Of a DNA stretch of 64,000 nt, positions 63,200 through 64,000 are shown one piece after another. The notes beneath the pieces were generated by a model. It had not been told where the DNA came from and did no database searches. It saw nothing but the letters and a program-made list of their open reading frames with translations. Both the position numbers and the translations under genes were made by a program. The stretch comes from Octopus sinensis (Eukaryota), in assembly GCF_006345805.1 (NCBI RefSeq), contig NC_043004.1, positions 98,518,001 to 98,582,000 on the forward strand, in the 5' to 3' direction. Position 1 is the first letter of the stretch. Every line of letters starts with the position of its first letter.

Positions 63200-63385
63200 T
63201 AGACATGTTCTTTTTTAGGAAAATGCCTACATCATATAGAAACTGAGATTGGCCCTTTCCTTACTTTAAAGAATTCCAAGTGCAAACATCACCTGATTTT
63301 TTATAACTTTTCTTCAATGTGTTGCATATTATTGGTGGGTTTTGGCACAAAAGGCAAACCCATCAATGAAAAATTCCATAATGGA
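63200..63385 (-). mobile_element. Possible Penelope-like N-terminal remnant
   Basis: MGLPFVPKP...L*KIR*CLHLEFF resembles PLE KGL.F.P.P...F.R.LRL.EFF. Confidence 0.35.
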
Positions 63386-63390
63386 ATAAT

Positions 63391-63788
63391 ACTCTTTTAC
63401 TCTTTTATTGTTTCAGTCATTTGACTGCGGCCATGCTGGAGCACCGCCTTTAGTCAAGCAAATTGACCCCGGGACTTATTCTTTGTAAGCCCAGTACTTA
63501 TTCTATCGGTCTCTTTTTGCCAAACCGCTAAGTGACGGGGACGTAAACACACCAGCATCAGTTGTCAAGCAATGCTAGGGGGACAAACACACATACACAT
63601 ATATATATGTATATATACATATATACGACAGGCTTCTTTCAGTTTCCGTCAACCAAATCCACTCACAAGGCATTGGTCGGCCCGGGGCTATAGCAGAAGA
63701 CACTTGCTCAAGATGCCACGCAGTGGGACTGAACCCGCAACCATGTGGTTGGTTAGCTGCTACTTACCACACAGCCACTCCTGCGCCT
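63391..63788 (-). mobile_element. SINE family A
   Basis: Full reverse copy. Confidence 0.9.
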
Positions 63789-64000
63789 GTTTAGCATGTT
63801 TTATCATGGGTGGCAATTCTCTGAACAGCTGCAGCAAGAGGCATACATTGTAACCACATCTGTGCAAGAGTGTGTAGGAGGTCCTGAGCAGGATTAACAA
63901 AACCATACAATAACCATACTGCTTTAAGACAACAATCAAAAGATGACTTTGATTGAAATCAAGTAGCAGTCTTTCACTGAATATGTATGTATGTATATAT

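Noticed and set aside
1382-63853. Most long ORFs in the track (poly-M/I/H/L/S/E/R, YI/HT/CV repeats, and MLGGQTQTH/RPLSVSVYQ-type peptides)
   Set aside because: They are translations of microsatellites or of SINE-A, recurring at every copy.

Overview
AT-rich, repeat-saturated eukaryotic DNA. The SINE families resemble the tRNA-derived OK/OR SINEs of Octopus, so a coleoid cephalopod origin is inferred from recalled family resemblance, not from a search. I found no intact host coding gene; almost all long ORFs in the track are microsatellite or SINE artefacts. The window contains: (i) exon-like minus-strand segments from ~55.1 kb to ~4.85 kb with LRR motifs. They are largely colinear with my recollection of LRRIQ1, and nearly all carry stops or frameshifts (probable multi-exon pseudogene). 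(ii) About 30 tRNA-derived SINE copies in three families, plus many RTE/CR1 3' fragments. (iii) An R4/Dong-type RT fragment beside (TAA)n with a fold-back palindrome. (iv) A decayed Helitron Rep/Pif1 helicase and two non-autonomous Helitrons. (v) Two DD36E Tc1-type elements, one holding a solo LTR with a 5-bp TSD. (vi) MULE-, hAT-, piggyBac-, Tc1- and pogo-type MITEs and two long fold-back elements. (vii) Penelope-like remnants and six minimal hammerhead-ribozyme folds. One hammerhead lies in a TSD-flanked composite element that joins a tRNA-type pol III head to a hammerhead tail. Coordinates of decayed elements are approximate.
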